A DNA stretch of 64,000 nucleotides from Actinomycetota bacterium (GTDB lineage Bacteria; Actinomycetota; Actinomycetes; Streptosporangiales; Streptosporangiaceae). The DNA lies in the NCBI GenBank assembly GCA_048498315.1, contig JBEHYF010000009.1, forward strand, positions 1,884 through 65,883, in the 5' to 3' direction. The translations under genes and the position numbers were made by a program. The notes beneath the pieces were generated by a model. It did not search any database and had not been told where the DNA came from. It saw only the letters and a list, made by a program, of their open reading frames with translations. This document shows, piece by piece, positions 1-9,962 of this stretch (the first letter of the stretch is position 1; every line of letters begins with the position of its first letter).

Positions 1-240
1 GCCGGCCAGCTCGTCGACCCACGGTTCGGCGTTCTTGTACCGGCCCTTGGCGAACACCTCGTCGGCGGACCAGTTCTGCTCCTCGGCGGGCAGCCGGTCG
101 CCCCGCTCCAGCAGGAGCACGTCGGCGCCGCTGTCGCGCAGCGCCCATGCCAGCGTGCCGCCGCCCATGCCCGACCCGACGATGGCGATGTCGCAGGTGA
201 CGTCGCCGCCGGGAGGCGGGACCGGTTCGCGGGCGCTCAT
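1..240 (-). CDS. GMC-family FAD oxidoreductase, 5' part only (runs off window start)
   Basis: Hand translation from ATG 240: MSAREPVPPPGGDVTCDIAIVGSGMGGGTLAWALRDSGADVLLLERG; GxGxxG dinucleotide fold followed by LLERG; starts 2 nt after the permease stop. Confidence 0.8.
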   Translation of the reverse strand, partial: MSAREPVPPPGGDVTCDIAIVGSGMGGGTLAWALRDSGADVLLLERGDRLPAEEQNWSADEVFAKGRYKNAEPWVDELAG

Positions 241-241
241 C

Positions 242-1138
242 TCACTTCACCGACCCCGCCGTCAGGCCCCGGACGAAGAACTTGCCGAGGGCCATGTAGA
301 CGACCGCGGTGGGGATCGCGGCGAGCAGCGCGCCCGCCATGACGGTGTTCCACTGCACGGAGAAGTTGCCCGACAGGTTGTTCAGCGCGACCGTGATCGG
401 CTGCTCGGTCGGGTCGGGCACCACGGTGATGCCGAAGAGGAAGTCGTTCCAGATGTTGGTGAACTGGAAGATCCCGCAGACCACGAACCCGGGCAGCGAC
501 AGCGGCAGCATGATCCGCCGGAAGATCGTCCAGTGCGACGCGCCGTCCATCTGGGCCGCCTCGACCAGCTCGTGCGGCAGGCCCTTGAAGTAGTTCCGGA
601 AGATCAGCGTAGTGATCGGGATGCCGTACACGGTGTGCACGAGCACCAGGCCGGTGAGGCTGCCGTACAGGTGGATCGCGGTGAGGAACCGCACCAGCGG
701 CACGAGGATCACCTGGTACGGGATGAACATTCCCATGAGCAACAGCCCGAACGCCAGGTTGGCGAACCGGAACGGAAGTTTCCCGAACACATACCCGACG
801 AGCGAGCCGGCCAGCGAGCTGAGCGCCGTGGCCGGCACCACCATCTCCAGGCTGTTGCGGAAGTTCGGTCCCAGCGCGGCCCACGCCGTGGACAGGCCGC
901 TCACATCGATCCTCTTCGGCAGCTCCCACATGTGCGGCGCGTCGGCCTGGGCGCCCGACTTGAGCCCCGCCACCACCATGACGTACACCGGCATCAGGAA
1001 CAGCCCGGCCAGCGCCACCAGGGCCACCAGCCCGGCGACCCGTCCCCCGGTGATCGGCAGGCCGCCCGGGCGGCGCCGCGTACGATGCGGCCGCCCCGCC
1101 GGCGTGGTCGTGCGGGCGGGCGCGGCGGTAACGGTCAC
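242..1138 (-). CDS. Carbohydrate ABC transporter permease (MalG-like)
   Basis: Multiple TM segments; EAA loop ELVEAAQMDGAS; QWNTVMAGALLAAIP; GTGA overlap with upstream permease. Confidence 0.93.
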   Translation of the reverse strand: MTVTAAPARTTTPAGRPHRTRRRPGGLPITGGRVAGLVALVALAGLFLMPVYVMVVAGLKSGAQADAPHMWELPKRIDVSGLSTAWAALGPNFRNSLEMVVPATALSSLAGSLVGYVFGKLPFRFANLAFGLLLMGMFIPYQVILVPLVRFLTAIHLYGSLTGLVLVHTVYGIPITTLIFRNYFKGLPHELVEAAQMDGASHWTIFRRIMLPLSLPGFVVCGIFQFTNIWNDFLFGITVVPDPTEQPITVALNNLSGNFSVQWNTVMAGALLAAIPTAVVYMALGKFFVRGLTAGSVK

Positions 1139-2163
1139 TTCGCGGCCCCCTTCGTGCTGCGGTACAGGTAGGGCACCATCACGGCCGACACGAGCAGCAG
1201 CATCACCACGGAGGCGGCGGCGCCCGTGTTATAGCGGAGGGCCCGGAACGTCTGGTCGAAGACGAAGATCCCGGGCACGTCCGTGGCGAACCCGGGTCCC
1301 TGCCCGACCATCGCGTAGACGAGGTCGAACGACTTCAGGCTGACATGGGTCAGCAGGATCAGCACCACCACGATGACCGGCCTGAGCAGCGGGAACACGA
1401 CGTACCGGTGGTACTGGAAGGTGCTCGCGCCGTCGAGCTGGGCCGCCTCCCGCAGCTCCGCCGGCATGCCCGCGAGCGCCGCGAGGAAGTTCGCCATGGC
1501 GAACCCGCCGAGCTGCCATGAGGCGGCGATGACGACCGGGATGATCGCCAGCGGGATCCCCAGCTTCGTCTGGATCACCGATCCGAGCGGGATCACGTGC
1601 CCGAGCTGCGCCGACACGTCGCCGGCCACGGTCGGATCGGTGATCCACTTGGGCTTGGCGTGCACGCCCAGGCCGCGCAGGATCAGGTTCGCCCCGGCCG
1701 AGGGCGTGAACACCCACCGCCACACCACGCCGGTCACGATGAACGACAGCGCGTACGGGAACAGGAAGATGCTGCGGAAGACCGGCCGGGCCGCCAGCGC
1801 GTTGTGCACCAGCAGCGCCAGCGTGAGCCCTACGAGCACCGCCACCGCGAGGAACAGCACGGTGAAGATCACAATGTTGCGCAGGTCGGTCTGGAACCGT
1901 GCCCCGGACAGGAGCTGGGTGTAGGTGCTGCCGACCGGCTTCTTGACGCTCAGCTCCGGGACGATCCCGGTCCACCGGGACAGGGAGACCCGGATCGAGT
2001 ACGCGATGAATCCGTAGACGAAGACCCCGACCAGGCCGAGGGACGGCACGAGCACGACGAGCTGGAATCCGTGCGCGGCGAGGAAGCGGGACCGCGGTCG
2101 CCTCCGTCGGGTGGGGGCGGGCGGCGCCGGGCGGGCCGGCGCCTGCGCCGTTGTGGTTGCCAT
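1135..2163 (-). CDS. Carbohydrate ABC transporter permease (MalF-like)
   Basis: TM segments; EAA loop ELREAAQLDGAS; KSFDLVYAM. Confidence 0.93.
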   Translation of the reverse strand: MATTTAQAPARPAPPAPTRRRRPRSRFLAAHGFQLVVLVPSLGLVGVFVYGFIAYSIRVSLSRWTGIVPELSVKKPVGSTYTQLLSGARFQTDLRNIVIFTVLFLAVAVLVGLTLALLVHNALAARPVFRSIFLFPYALSFIVTGVVWRWVFTPSAGANLILRGLGVHAKPKWITDPTVAGDVSAQLGHVIPLGSVIQTKLGIPLAIIPVVIAASWQLGGFAMANFLAALAGMPAELREAAQLDGASTFQYHRYVVFPLLRPVIVVVLILLTHVSLKSFDLVYAMVGQGPGFATDVPGIFVFDQTFRALRYNTGAAASVVMLLLVSAVMVPYLYRSTKGAAK

Positions 2164-2233
2164 GAGATCTCCTGGCCGGGACGGGCGGGGTGCCGGGCGG
2201 CGCGCCCGCCCGTCCCGGACGGTTGCCGGGCTG

Positions 2234-3517
2234 CTACGACTGGGCGGCGTTCGCGAGCGCCCTGGTGAAGGCGTTCACGTCCTTGTTCTGCGCGAACTGC
2301 GTCACGGCGTCGAACATCGCCTGCTGGAACTGCGGGTTCATCGCCTCGCCGTGCACCACGGACTGCACGATCGCGGCGCTCTTGAACGCCTTGGCCGACT
2401 GCTGCTGGTACGGCGACAGGGAGGACAGGTCGACGTCGGTGCGCAGCGGCACCGAGCCCTTCTGCTTGCTGAAGGCGAGCTGGACGTCCTTTGTGGCGAT
2501 CGCCTGGAGGAACTTCAGCGCCTGGACCGGGTTCTTGGCATTCTTCGCCATGACCATCGTGTCCACGACGGCGACGAACGCGCCGTCGGTGCCCGGATGG
2601 GTGGTGTATCCGAAGTCGGTGCCCTCCTTGGCGCCGTCCTTGACCAGCTCCCCGTACGCCCAGTCGCCCATGCTCTCGAACGCGCACGTGCCCGCGGCCA
2701 GCTTCTTGGTGGCCTGGTCCCAGGTGAGCGCGCCGGCGTCGGGGTCGGCGTACCGCAGCATCGTGGCCGTGTTCGCCGCGGCCGTCTTGACCTGGTCGCC
2801 GTCCCACTTGGCCCGGCCGGTGGTCAGCGCGTCCCAGCCGTTCGCGCCGATCGTGCCGAGGAGGGTGTTCTCGAACAGCTCGGCGGTGGCGAAGGTGTCC
2901 TTGGCGCCCAGGCACAGCGGCGTGACGCCGGCGGCCTTGAGCCTGGCCAGGTCGCCGAGGAACGCGCCGACGCTGTAGCCGCTCGGGCCGGGCGGAGTCA
3001 CCTTGGCCTTTGCCAGCGCCTTCTTGCTGAACCACAGGACGTTGCCGCGGTGCGCGCCGGTGGAGACGCCGTACTCCTTGCCGTCCGCGGAGATCGCGTC
3101 GATGAGGTTCTTCGGGATCGCGGCCTTCACGTCGGGGGTGTAGACGGCGGACGCGTCGCCGAGGAGGCCGCCGGCGATGTACTGCTTGATCGCCGCGCCG
3201 GGGTGGGTCTGCCACACGTCCGGCGGGTTGCCGCCCTGCAGGCGGGTCTGCAGCACGGCCTGGGCGTTCGATCCGCCGCCGCCGGCGACCGCGCCGTTGA
3301 CCACGGTGATGCCCGGTTCGGCCTTCTTATAGCCGTCGAACAGGGCCTGCAGCGCGGCGCTCTCGGAGCCGGAGGTCCACCAGGAGAAGACCTCCAGCTT
3401 CTTGGCGTCGGCACCGCTCGCCGACTTCGCGCCCGTGCTGCCTCCGCCGCAGGCGGCGAGGGCTAGGGCGAGCCCGCCGGCCGCCACGGCCAGCGGGATG
3501 TGACGGATGCGCTTCAC
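2234..3517 (-). CDS. Sugar ABC transporter substrate-binding lipoprotein (glucose/mannose-type SBP)
   Basis: Lipobox LALAAC; LEVFSWWTSGSESAAL, AVLQTRLQGGNPPD and MGDWAYGE motifs typical of this SBP group. Confidence 0.92.
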   Translation of the reverse strand: MKRIRHIPLAVAAGGLALALAACGGGSTGAKSASGADAKKLEVFSWWTSGSESAALQALFDGYKKAEPGITVVNGAVAGGGGSNAQAVLQTRLQGGNPPDVWQTHPGAAIKQYIAGGLLGDASAVYTPDVKAAIPKNLIDAISADGKEYGVSTGAHRGNVLWFSKKALAKAKVTPPGPSGYSVGAFLGDLARLKAAGVTPLCLGAKDTFATAELFENTLLGTIGANGWDALTTGRAKWDGDQVKTAAANTATMLRYADPDAGALTWDQATKKLAAGTCAFESMGDWAYGELVKDGAKEGTDFGYTTHPGTDGAFVAVVDTMVMAKNAKNPVQALKFLQAIATKDVQLAFSKQKGSVPLRTDVDLSSLSPYQQQSAKAFKSAAIVQSVVHGEAMNPQFQQAMFDAVTQFAQNKDVNAFTRALANAAQS

Positions 3518-3704
3518 AGCGTCTCTCCTTCGAGGATGCGGCGGTTCCGGCCGCCGGGGTACGGGAGGTGACAGGCCGCCCCGCGGCAGGGAAGCCGCGA
3601 GCCGGGTGTTCGGTTGTGGTCGGGTCCGCCGGACGCCCCTCGGGGGATCGTCCGAGCGGTCGTCGCTCGTGACTGACCAGAGCGCCGCGCGGTCCCCGTA
3701 CCGC

Positions 3705-4931
3705 TCAGGCGCTCGCCGGGCGGGTTCGGGCGTGTTCCTGCGGGCGCGTCCGCCCGCGGGTTCCGGCCCGTTCCGCCAGATGCCGGTCCACGGCGTCCAG
3801 CGCGTCGAGGAACCAGTAGTCGCCCCACATCACGGACTCGTCCACGCCGAGGCCTTTGCCCTGGTGGTAGCTGCCGTGCCGGAGCACGCCCTCCCATTCG
3901 GGGTCTCCGCAGGAGAGGAAATCGGGTTCGCACAGGCGCGTGAGCACGCGCAGCGCGTAGCCCGCGTAGCGGCGGGCGCGGGCCTCGTCGCCGACGAGGC
4001 CGGCCAGCCGCCACATGCCGCCCGCGGCGATGGCCGCGGCCGAGCTCTCATAGGGCAGAGCCGGGTCGGGCTCCTCCCAGTCGTTCGGCGGCACCAGCGC
4101 GGAGCCGGTGCGCTCGATGTAGAAATCCGCGCATGCCTCGGCCGTGCGCAGGAAGCGACGGTCGCCGGTGTACCGGTAGGCGGTGCCGAAGCCGTACAGC
4201 GCCCACGCCTGCCCGCGGGCCCACGAGCCGTCGTCGCGGAAGCCCTGCTGGGTGCTCTGGCGCAGGAACGCGCCGGTCTCCAGGTCGAAGATCCCCTCGT
4301 GGGCCACGCTGCCGTCGCCGCGCACGAGGGTACGGCGGGTCGTCCGGCAGTGCTCGTAGGCGATGCGGGCCAGGCGGGGGTCGCCGGTCCGCTGCGCGGC
4401 GTGGAAAACGATGCCGACGTTCATCATGATGTCGATGAACAGGCTGTCGGGGGCGAGGAAGCTGCGCAGGTAGCGGCCCTTCTCGTTGAACCGCAGCGCC
4501 ATGGTCCGGCCCGCGTGGACCACGACCTCGTCCAGCTCGGGCGCGCCGGTGGCCTCGTACCAGCGCCGCCACGTCGGCCAGAACAGGAAACCGAGGTCGT
4601 GCACGTCCTGGTCGTCCTTGCGGTGCTCGATGAGCCGGGAGTAGTGCTCGGCCGCTTCCCGCAGGTCCGCACGGCCGGTGCGCCCGGCGAGCAGCCACAG
4701 CTGGCCGCCGAGGAAGCCCTCGCACCAGTTGGTCCAGGCCTCCCCCGCAGTCTGCCAGCGGCCGTCTTTCGTATACAGCGGGAAGGCGTCCGGGTGCCGG
4801 CGAACGAGCGCCGTCACCTTGTCCTCGGCGGTTCGCCACGCCCTCCGGGAGCCCTCGGCGTACCCGGGAGGCGGCTCCAGCCCGGCGGGCGGGACGAGCG
4901 GGAGCACCGGGTCCAGGATGAGATTGGTCAT
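3705..4931 (-). CDS. Glycoside hydrolase family 88 (unsaturated glucuronyl hydrolase-like), no signal peptide
   Basis: NWCEGF, HDLGFLF and IDIMMN (both UGL catalytic Asp positions), WARGQAW, WGDYWFLDAL; ATG 4931 overlaps the ALDH stop (ATGA). Confidence 0.88.
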   Translation of the reverse strand: MTNLILDPVLPLVPPAGLEPPPGYAEGSRRAWRTAEDKVTALVRRHPDAFPLYTKDGRWQTAGEAWTNWCEGFLGGQLWLLAGRTGRADLREAAEHYSRLIEHRKDDQDVHDLGFLFWPTWRRWYEATGAPELDEVVVHAGRTMALRFNEKGRYLRSFLAPDSLFIDIMMNVGIVFHAAQRTGDPRLARIAYEHCRTTRRTLVRGDGSVAHEGIFDLETGAFLRQSTQQGFRDDGSWARGQAWALYGFGTAYRYTGDRRFLRTAEACADFYIERTGSALVPPNDWEEPDPALPYESSAAAIAAGGMWRLAGLVGDEARARRYAGYALRVLTRLCEPDFLSCGDPEWEGVLRHGSYHQGKGLGVDESVMWGDYWFLDALDAVDRHLAERAGTRGRTRPQEHARTRPASA

Positions 4932-6433
4932 GACCGGCCTCCGGGCCGCTCCGCCGGGACCCAGCGGGCGGTGCGCTCGCCGACCTGGAGCTGGATGGTC
5001 TTCGTCTGGGTGAAGGAGCCGACCGCCTGGCGGCCGAGCTCGCGCCCTTCGCCGCTGGCGCCGTATCCGCCGAAGGGCAGCTCGGGATAGCCGTCCATCC
5101 ACCGGTTGACCCAGATCGTGCCGGCCCGCAGCGCCCGCGAGGCGGTCAGCGCGGTGTCGATGCTCCGGGTCCAGATCCCTGCGGACAGGCCGTACATGGT
5201 GGAGTTCGCGATGGCGACGGCCTCCTTCAGCGTGTCGAAGGTCAGCACCGACAGGACCGGCCCGAAGATCTCCTCACGGGCGATCGACATCTCGGGCCGT
5301 ACTCCGGTGAACACGGTCGGCTCGTAGAACCGACCGGCGTCGGTGGGCCGCCGTCCGCCGCCCAGGCGCAGGTCGGCGCCGCCGTCACGGCCCTCGGCGA
5401 CGTACCGTTCGATCACGGCGAGCTGCTCGTCGCTGATGATCGCGCCGACCTTGGTGGCGGGATCGAGGGGGTCGCCCACCGGGACGCGGCGGGCCAGCTC
5501 GACGACCTGGGCGGCGAAGTCCTCGGCGATGTCGCGCTGCACCAGCACGCGGCTGCCGGAGTTGCAGCACTCGCCGGCGTTGAAGTACACGCCGAAGACG
5601 ACCGCGTCGAGGGCGGCGTCGAGATCGGCGTCCGCGCAGACGATCTGCGGGTTCTTGCCGCCGAGCTCCAGCTCCACCCGCTTGAGACCGGCCCCGGCGG
5701 CCGCGGCGACCTTGCGGCCGACCTCGGTGGAGCCGGTGAAGGAGATCATGTCGACGTCGGGGTGCGCGCTCATCGCCGCGCCGATCCCGCCCCCGCCGGT
5801 GACGACGTTGACCACCCCAGCGTCGGTGCCGGCCTCGCTGATCAGCCGGGCCAGGTGGACGGTGGTGCCGGGGGTCAGCTCGCTCGGCTTGACCACGGCG
5901 GTACAGCCGACGGCCAGCGCGAACGGCAGCTTCTGGCTCACGATCAGCAACGGGAAGTTCCACGGCGTGATGATCGAGATCACGCCGAGCGGCTCATTGA
6001 CCACCATGGCGAGCACGTCCCGGCCGAGGTCGTTGTGCGCGTCGCCGTAGGCATGCCGGGCGAGGGTCGATGCGTAGTCCCACAGCTCGGCGGAGGCGTC
6101 GACCTCGTCGAGGGCCTGCGTGATCGGCTTGCCGGACTCCAGCGCCTCGGTCCGCGCCAGCGTCTCGCGGTCGCGTCGGATCATGTCGGCCACACGGCGC
6201 AGCACGCGGGCGCGCTCGGCGCCCGGACGGTGCGGCCAGGGGCCGGCGTCGAAGGCACGGCGGGCGGCCGCGACGGCACAGGCCACGTCCCGCTCGCCGG
6301 CCCTGGCGTACCGGGCGACGACGACATCGTGGGCCGGGGACGTGCACTCGAAGCTCTCCCCGCTGAGAGCGCCGGTCTCCCGGCCGTCGAGGATCAGCCC
6401 GTTGTCGGTGACGGCGATGTCGGTGGTTGTCAT
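4928..6433 (-). CDS. NAD(P)-dependent aldehyde dehydrogenase (sorbosone-dehydrogenase-like)
   Basis: ITPWNFP, KPSELTP, FTGST, LELGGKNP, GECCNSGSR (catalytic Cys), EEIFGPV; start MTTTD at 6433 after a GGAAGGGA RBS. Confidence 0.93.
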   Translation of the reverse strand: MTTTDIAVTDNGLILDGRETGALSGESFECTSPAHDVVVARYARAGERDVACAVAAARRAFDAGPWPHRPGAERARVLRRVADMIRRDRETLARTEALESGKPITQALDEVDASAELWDYASTLARHAYGDAHNDLGRDVLAMVVNEPLGVISIITPWNFPLLIVSQKLPFALAVGCTAVVKPSELTPGTTVHLARLISEAGTDAGVVNVVTGGGGIGAAMSAHPDVDMISFTGSTEVGRKVAAAAGAGLKRVELELGGKNPQIVCADADLDAALDAVVFGVYFNAGECCNSGSRVLVQRDIAEDFAAQVVELARRVPVGDPLDPATKVGAIISDEQLAVIERYVAEGRDGGADLRLGGGRRPTDAGRFYEPTVFTGVRPEMSIAREEIFGPVLSVLTFDTLKEAVAIANSTMYGLSAGIWTRSIDTALTASRALRAGTIWVNRWMDGYPELPFGGYGASGEGRELGRQAVGSFTQTKTIQLQVGERTARWVPAERPGGRS

Positions 6434-6449
6434 GGTCCCTTCCTGCTGC

Positions 6450-7259
6450 TCAGCGTCCGGAGAACCGGGGTGTGGCGCCGCTGCGGAAGCCGGCGACGCC
6501 GGCCGCGAGGTCCTCGGTGGCGCTCGTGACGGCGCCCGCGAGGCTTTCGAGGACACGCGACGGCGCGCCGTCGGCCGCCGCGTCGATCAGCTGCTTGGCC
6601 AGCGCGACCGCCACGGGCGCGCCGCCCGTCAGGCGGCCGATCAGGTCGGCCACGGCCGGTTCGAGGTCTGCGGCGGGCACGCAGGTGGTGGCCAGGCCCC
6701 AGGCCTCGGCGGTCGGCCCGTCGATGACCCGGCGCGCGAGGATGATGTCCTTGGCGCGGGCCCGGCCGACCAGCTCGGTCAGCCGCCCGGTGCCGCCCCA
6801 GCCCGGGACGGTGCCCAGGCCGACCTCCGGGAGGCCCAGCCGGGCCGCCTCGCTGACGATGCGCAGATCGCAGGCGAGGGCGAGTTCCAGCCCGCCGCCG
6901 AACGCCGGGCCGTGGACGACGGCCACCGTCGGCCGCCGCAGCGCGGCGAGCGCGTCGAAGACCTGGTGGCCCAGGCCGGTCCAGTCGAGCATGCCGACCG
7001 GGGTCAGGCCCGCGAACCGGTTGACGTCCGCGCCGACGCAGAACGCCCGGGGGCCCTCGCCGCGCAGCACGACGACGCGGGCGTCACTGGCGGCGATGGT
7101 GGCGAGGTGGCCGCCGAGCGCGCGCAGCATCTCGGGCGTGAGCGCGTTGAGCTTGGCCGGGCGGCGCAGGGTCAGGGTGGCGACCCGGTCGCCGACCTCC
7201 AGCGTGACGTGGCCATGGCCGGGCACGGCGCCCTCGCGGCCGGGCGTGCGGGCGGTCAT
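6450..7259 (-). CDS. Enoyl-CoA hydratase/isomerase (crotonase) family protein
   Basis: AFCVGAD, AFGGGLELALACD, LPEVGLGTVPGWGG; both catalytic Glu positions present. Confidence 0.92.
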   Translation of the reverse strand: MTARTPGREGAVPGHGHVTLEVGDRVATLTLRRPAKLNALTPEMLRALGGHLATIAASDARVVVLRGEGPRAFCVGADVNRFAGLTPVGMLDWTGLGHQVFDALAALRRPTVAVVHGPAFGGGLELALACDLRIVSEAARLGLPEVGLGTVPGWGGTGRLTELVGRARAKDIILARRVIDGPTAEAWGLATTCVPAADLEPAVADLIGRLTGGAPVAVALAKQLIDAAADGAPSRVLESLAGAVTSATEDLAAGVAGFRSGATPRFSGR

Positions 7260-8926
7260 CGGCGCGCCTCCGTCCGGCGGACGCCGTTCGCGGACGGCGC
7301 GTTCTCCGCCGCCGGTGGCCCGGCGGCGAACGGGCCGCCGCGTCCGGGGCGCAGGACCAGGCCGATCGGCGCGGGGTCGAACAGCCGGGGGTCCATCGGC
7401 CGCAGGTCACGGGCGACCTCCAGCGGGAAGGCGGCCCTGGCCAGCACGTCGGCCTCCAGGTCGACGCCGGGTGCGATCTCCACGACGGTGGGCCCGGCCT
7501 CGCGCAGCTCGACGACGCAGCGCTCGGTGACGTACCGGACCCGCTGTCCCTGCTCGAGCGCCCGCCGGCCGGAGAAGGTGACCGCGCCGACCCTGTCGAC
7601 GAACTTCGGGATCGTCCCGTCCTGGGCGATGGTCAGCCGTCCGTCCTCCACCCCGATGCGGCGGTGCCCCGCGGTGAAGCCGCCGCTGAACACGATCGCC
7701 CGTGCCTTGGCGGTGATGTCGGCGAAGCCGCCCACGCCCGCCGTGACGTGGCGCCGCCCGGGCAGGTGGTGGACGTTGACGTTGCCCTCGCGGTCGACTT
7801 CGAGGAAGGACAGCATCGCCCGGTCGAAGCCGCCGCCCTGGAGCAGGGTGAACTGGTCGACGCTGGGCATCAGCGCCTGCGGGTTCAGCGCGCATCCGAA
7901 GGCGAACCCGGTGAGCGGCACGCCGCCGACCGCGCCCTGCTCGATCACCCAGGTGACCTCCTCGGCCAGGCCCTCCTCGACCAGCACGCGCGGTACCAGC
8001 GCCGAGACGCCGAATCCGAGGTTCACCACGTCGTCCCGGCACAGTTCGAGAGCGGCCCGCCGGGCGATCACCTTCTCCAGTCCCCAGGGGACGGGCTCGA
8101 TCACATCGAGGGGGCGGCGGGCCTGGCCGCTGATCGCGGGGTCGTACGGGATCCGGGTGGTCTGCCACTGGTCCTCATCGACCACGACGGCGTCCACGAG
8201 GATGCCGGGCACGCGGACCAGCTGGGGGTCCAGGGTGCCCTCCGGCGCGAGCCGTTTGACCTGGGCGATCACCACGCCGCCGTTGTTGTGGGCGGCGTAG
8301 GCCTGATCGAGGGCGCCGAGCGCCGAGCCCTCCTCCTCGAACGTGAGGTTGCCCCGCGCGTCGGCGGTGGTGGCACGGATGATCGCCGCGTCGGGGCGGA
8401 CCGCGGGGTAGAACAGCCACGTCTCACCCCGGAAGTCGACCAGCTCGACCAGATCGGCGGCGGTTCGTTCGTTCATCCGGCCGCCGTCACGGCGGGGGTC
8501 CACGAACGTGCCCAGCCCGACGTGGGTGAGCACACCCGGCTGCCCGGCCGCGCCGGCCCGGTGCATCTGGTAAAGGACGCCGGACGGCAGATTGTACGCC
8601 TCTACCTGCCCGTTCTCGATCATGTGCCAGATCCGTGGCGGCTTCTGGGACGACGGGCCGCTGGGGTACGAACCGGCGATCACCCGCGCCAGCAGGCCGG
8701 GCCGGGCGATGTGGTCGATGCCGGCCACGCCGTACATGTCGCCGGCCGCGATGGGGTGCACGGTGGTCAGGTTCACCGGGCCGCCCTCATCGGCGAACCG
8801 CTCCCCCAGCCCGCGCAGCACCGCGTCGGGGCAGCCCAGGGCCGAAGACGACGACACGGTCACCATGGCGCCGTCGCGGATGAGCGCGGCGGCGGCGCGG
8901 GCGGTGACCACGGGCACGTGACGCAT
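7256..8926 (-). CDS. Acyl-CoA:acetate/3-ketoacid CoA-transferase (YdiF/Pct-like, fused alpha-beta)
   Basis: YNLPSG, IIRATTADARGNL, VNLGFG, EQGAVGG (catalytic Glu), GVGGFADIT; start MRHVP at 8926. Confidence 0.9.
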   Translation of the reverse strand: MRHVPVVTARAAAALIRDGAMVTVSSSSALGCPDAVLRGLGERFADEGGPVNLTTVHPIAAGDMYGVAGIDHIARPGLLARVIAGSYPSGPSSQKPPRIWHMIENGQVEAYNLPSGVLYQMHRAGAAGQPGVLTHVGLGTFVDPRRDGGRMNERTAADLVELVDFRGETWLFYPAVRPDAAIIRATTADARGNLTFEEEGSALGALDQAYAAHNNGGVVIAQVKRLAPEGTLDPQLVRVPGILVDAVVVDEDQWQTTRIPYDPAISGQARRPLDVIEPVPWGLEKVIARRAALELCRDDVVNLGFGVSALVPRVLVEEGLAEEVTWVIEQGAVGGVPLTGFAFGCALNPQALMPSVDQFTLLQGGGFDRAMLSFLEVDREGNVNVHHLPGRRHVTAGVGGFADITAKARAIVFSGGFTAGHRRIGVEDGRLTIAQDGTIPKFVDRVGAVTFSGRRALEQGQRVRYVTERCVVELREAGPTVVEIAPGVDLEADVLARAAFPLEVARDLRPMDPRLFDPAPIGLVLRPGRGGPFAAGPPAAENAPSANGVRRTEARR

Positions 8927-8957
8927 GGGGGTCTTCCTCAGGGTCGTCGGGGCGATG

Positions 8958-9962
8958 TCAGCGGACGGGCTCGCGCCGTCCCGATCGGGTGGATTCCAGA
9001 ACGGCATGCGCGACCGCGAACGCGGCCAGGCCGTCGCGCCCGGTGGCGGTCGGCTCGCCCTCGCCGCGCATGGCCCGGGCGAAGGCGGTCAGCACGATCT
9101 GGTAGAGGTCGCGCCGTTCGCCGACGTCGATCTCGCGCACGCCGGTCCGGTCGCGCAGCGTGATCCGGCCGGCCGGATCCTGGGTCATGACGTCGGTGGC
9201 GACGACGCTGCCCTCGTCCCCGTGCACCTCCAGGCCGGTGGGCGCGTACGGGACGGCGAACGCGTCGTGGGTGGACACCAGCACGCCGCCGTCGTAGCGG
9301 ACCAGCGCCATCGCGGCGTCCTCGCTCCCGGCCTCCCAGGGCCCCTGCCGCGCCGAGAGTCCGATGGCGTCGATGGGGGCGCGGCCGAGCAGCGGGTTCA
9401 CGACGGAGGCGTCATGGCAGGTGATGTCGAGGATCACGCCGGCGCCGGGGGCGCCGCCCAGCCGCCAGCCCCTCAGCCGCGGCGGCAGCGTCACGGCGTG
9501 GAACACGCGGACCGCCAGCGGCGTGCCCACCGCGCCGGAGCGGACCAGCCGCCGCACCGCCCGGTGCGTGTCCGCGCCGGGGAGGTGGTGGTTCACCGCG
9601 AGCACGACGCCCGCGCGGTCGGCTGCCTCGACGATCGCGGCCGCGTCCGCCGGCGAGGCCGCCAGGGGTTTCTCGCACAGGACGTGCCGCCCGGCGCGGA
9701 TGGCGATCTCGGCGTGCTCCCGGTGCCGGTCGTTGGTGCTGGAGACGTACACCGCGTCGACGTCGTCGCGGGCGACGAGGGCGGCGGCGTCGGTCGTGGC
9801 GTACGGGATGCCGGCCGCAGCGGCGTAGGCCGCGGCGCGCTCGGCCGATGCGCTCGCCACCCCGGTGACGTGGTGGCCGAGGGCGCGCATCGCGGGGATC
9901 ATCCGGGTGGCGGCGATGTCGCTGGCGCCGACGAGCGCCCACCGCGGCGTGGAAGAGGTCAT
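8958..9962 (-). CDS. afr: Gfo/Idh/MocA oxidoreductase, 1,5-anhydro-D-fructose reductase-like
   Basis: WALVGASDIA, VYVSSTNDRH, HVLCEKPLA, NHHL, RVFHAVTLPPRLRGWRL, GVILDITCHD, NVMTQ-like DVMTQDP; follows the Sinorhizobium AFR sequence pattern as recalled; ATGA overlap with LacI stop. Confidence 0.75.
   Translation of the reverse strand: MTSSTPRWALVGASDIAATRMIPAMRALGHHVTGVASASAERAAAYAAAAGIPYATTDAAALVARDDVDAVYVSSTNDRHREHAEIAIRAGRHVLCEKPLAASPADAAAIVEAADRAGVVLAVNHHLPGADTHRAVRRLVRSGAVGTPLAVRVFHAVTLPPRLRGWRLGGAPGAGVILDITCHDASVVNPLLGRAPIDAIGLSARQGPWEAGSEDAAMALVRYDGGVLVSTHDAFAVPYAPTGLEVHGDEGSVVATDVMTQDPAGRITLRDRTGVREIDVGERRDLYQIVLTAFARAMRGEGEPTATGRDGLAAFAVAHAVLESTRSGRREPVR

Noticed and set aside
242-3517. 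Missing ATPase in the sugar ABC system
   Set aside because: Normal in actinobacteria, where a shared MsiK-type ATPase serves many carbohydrate ABC systems
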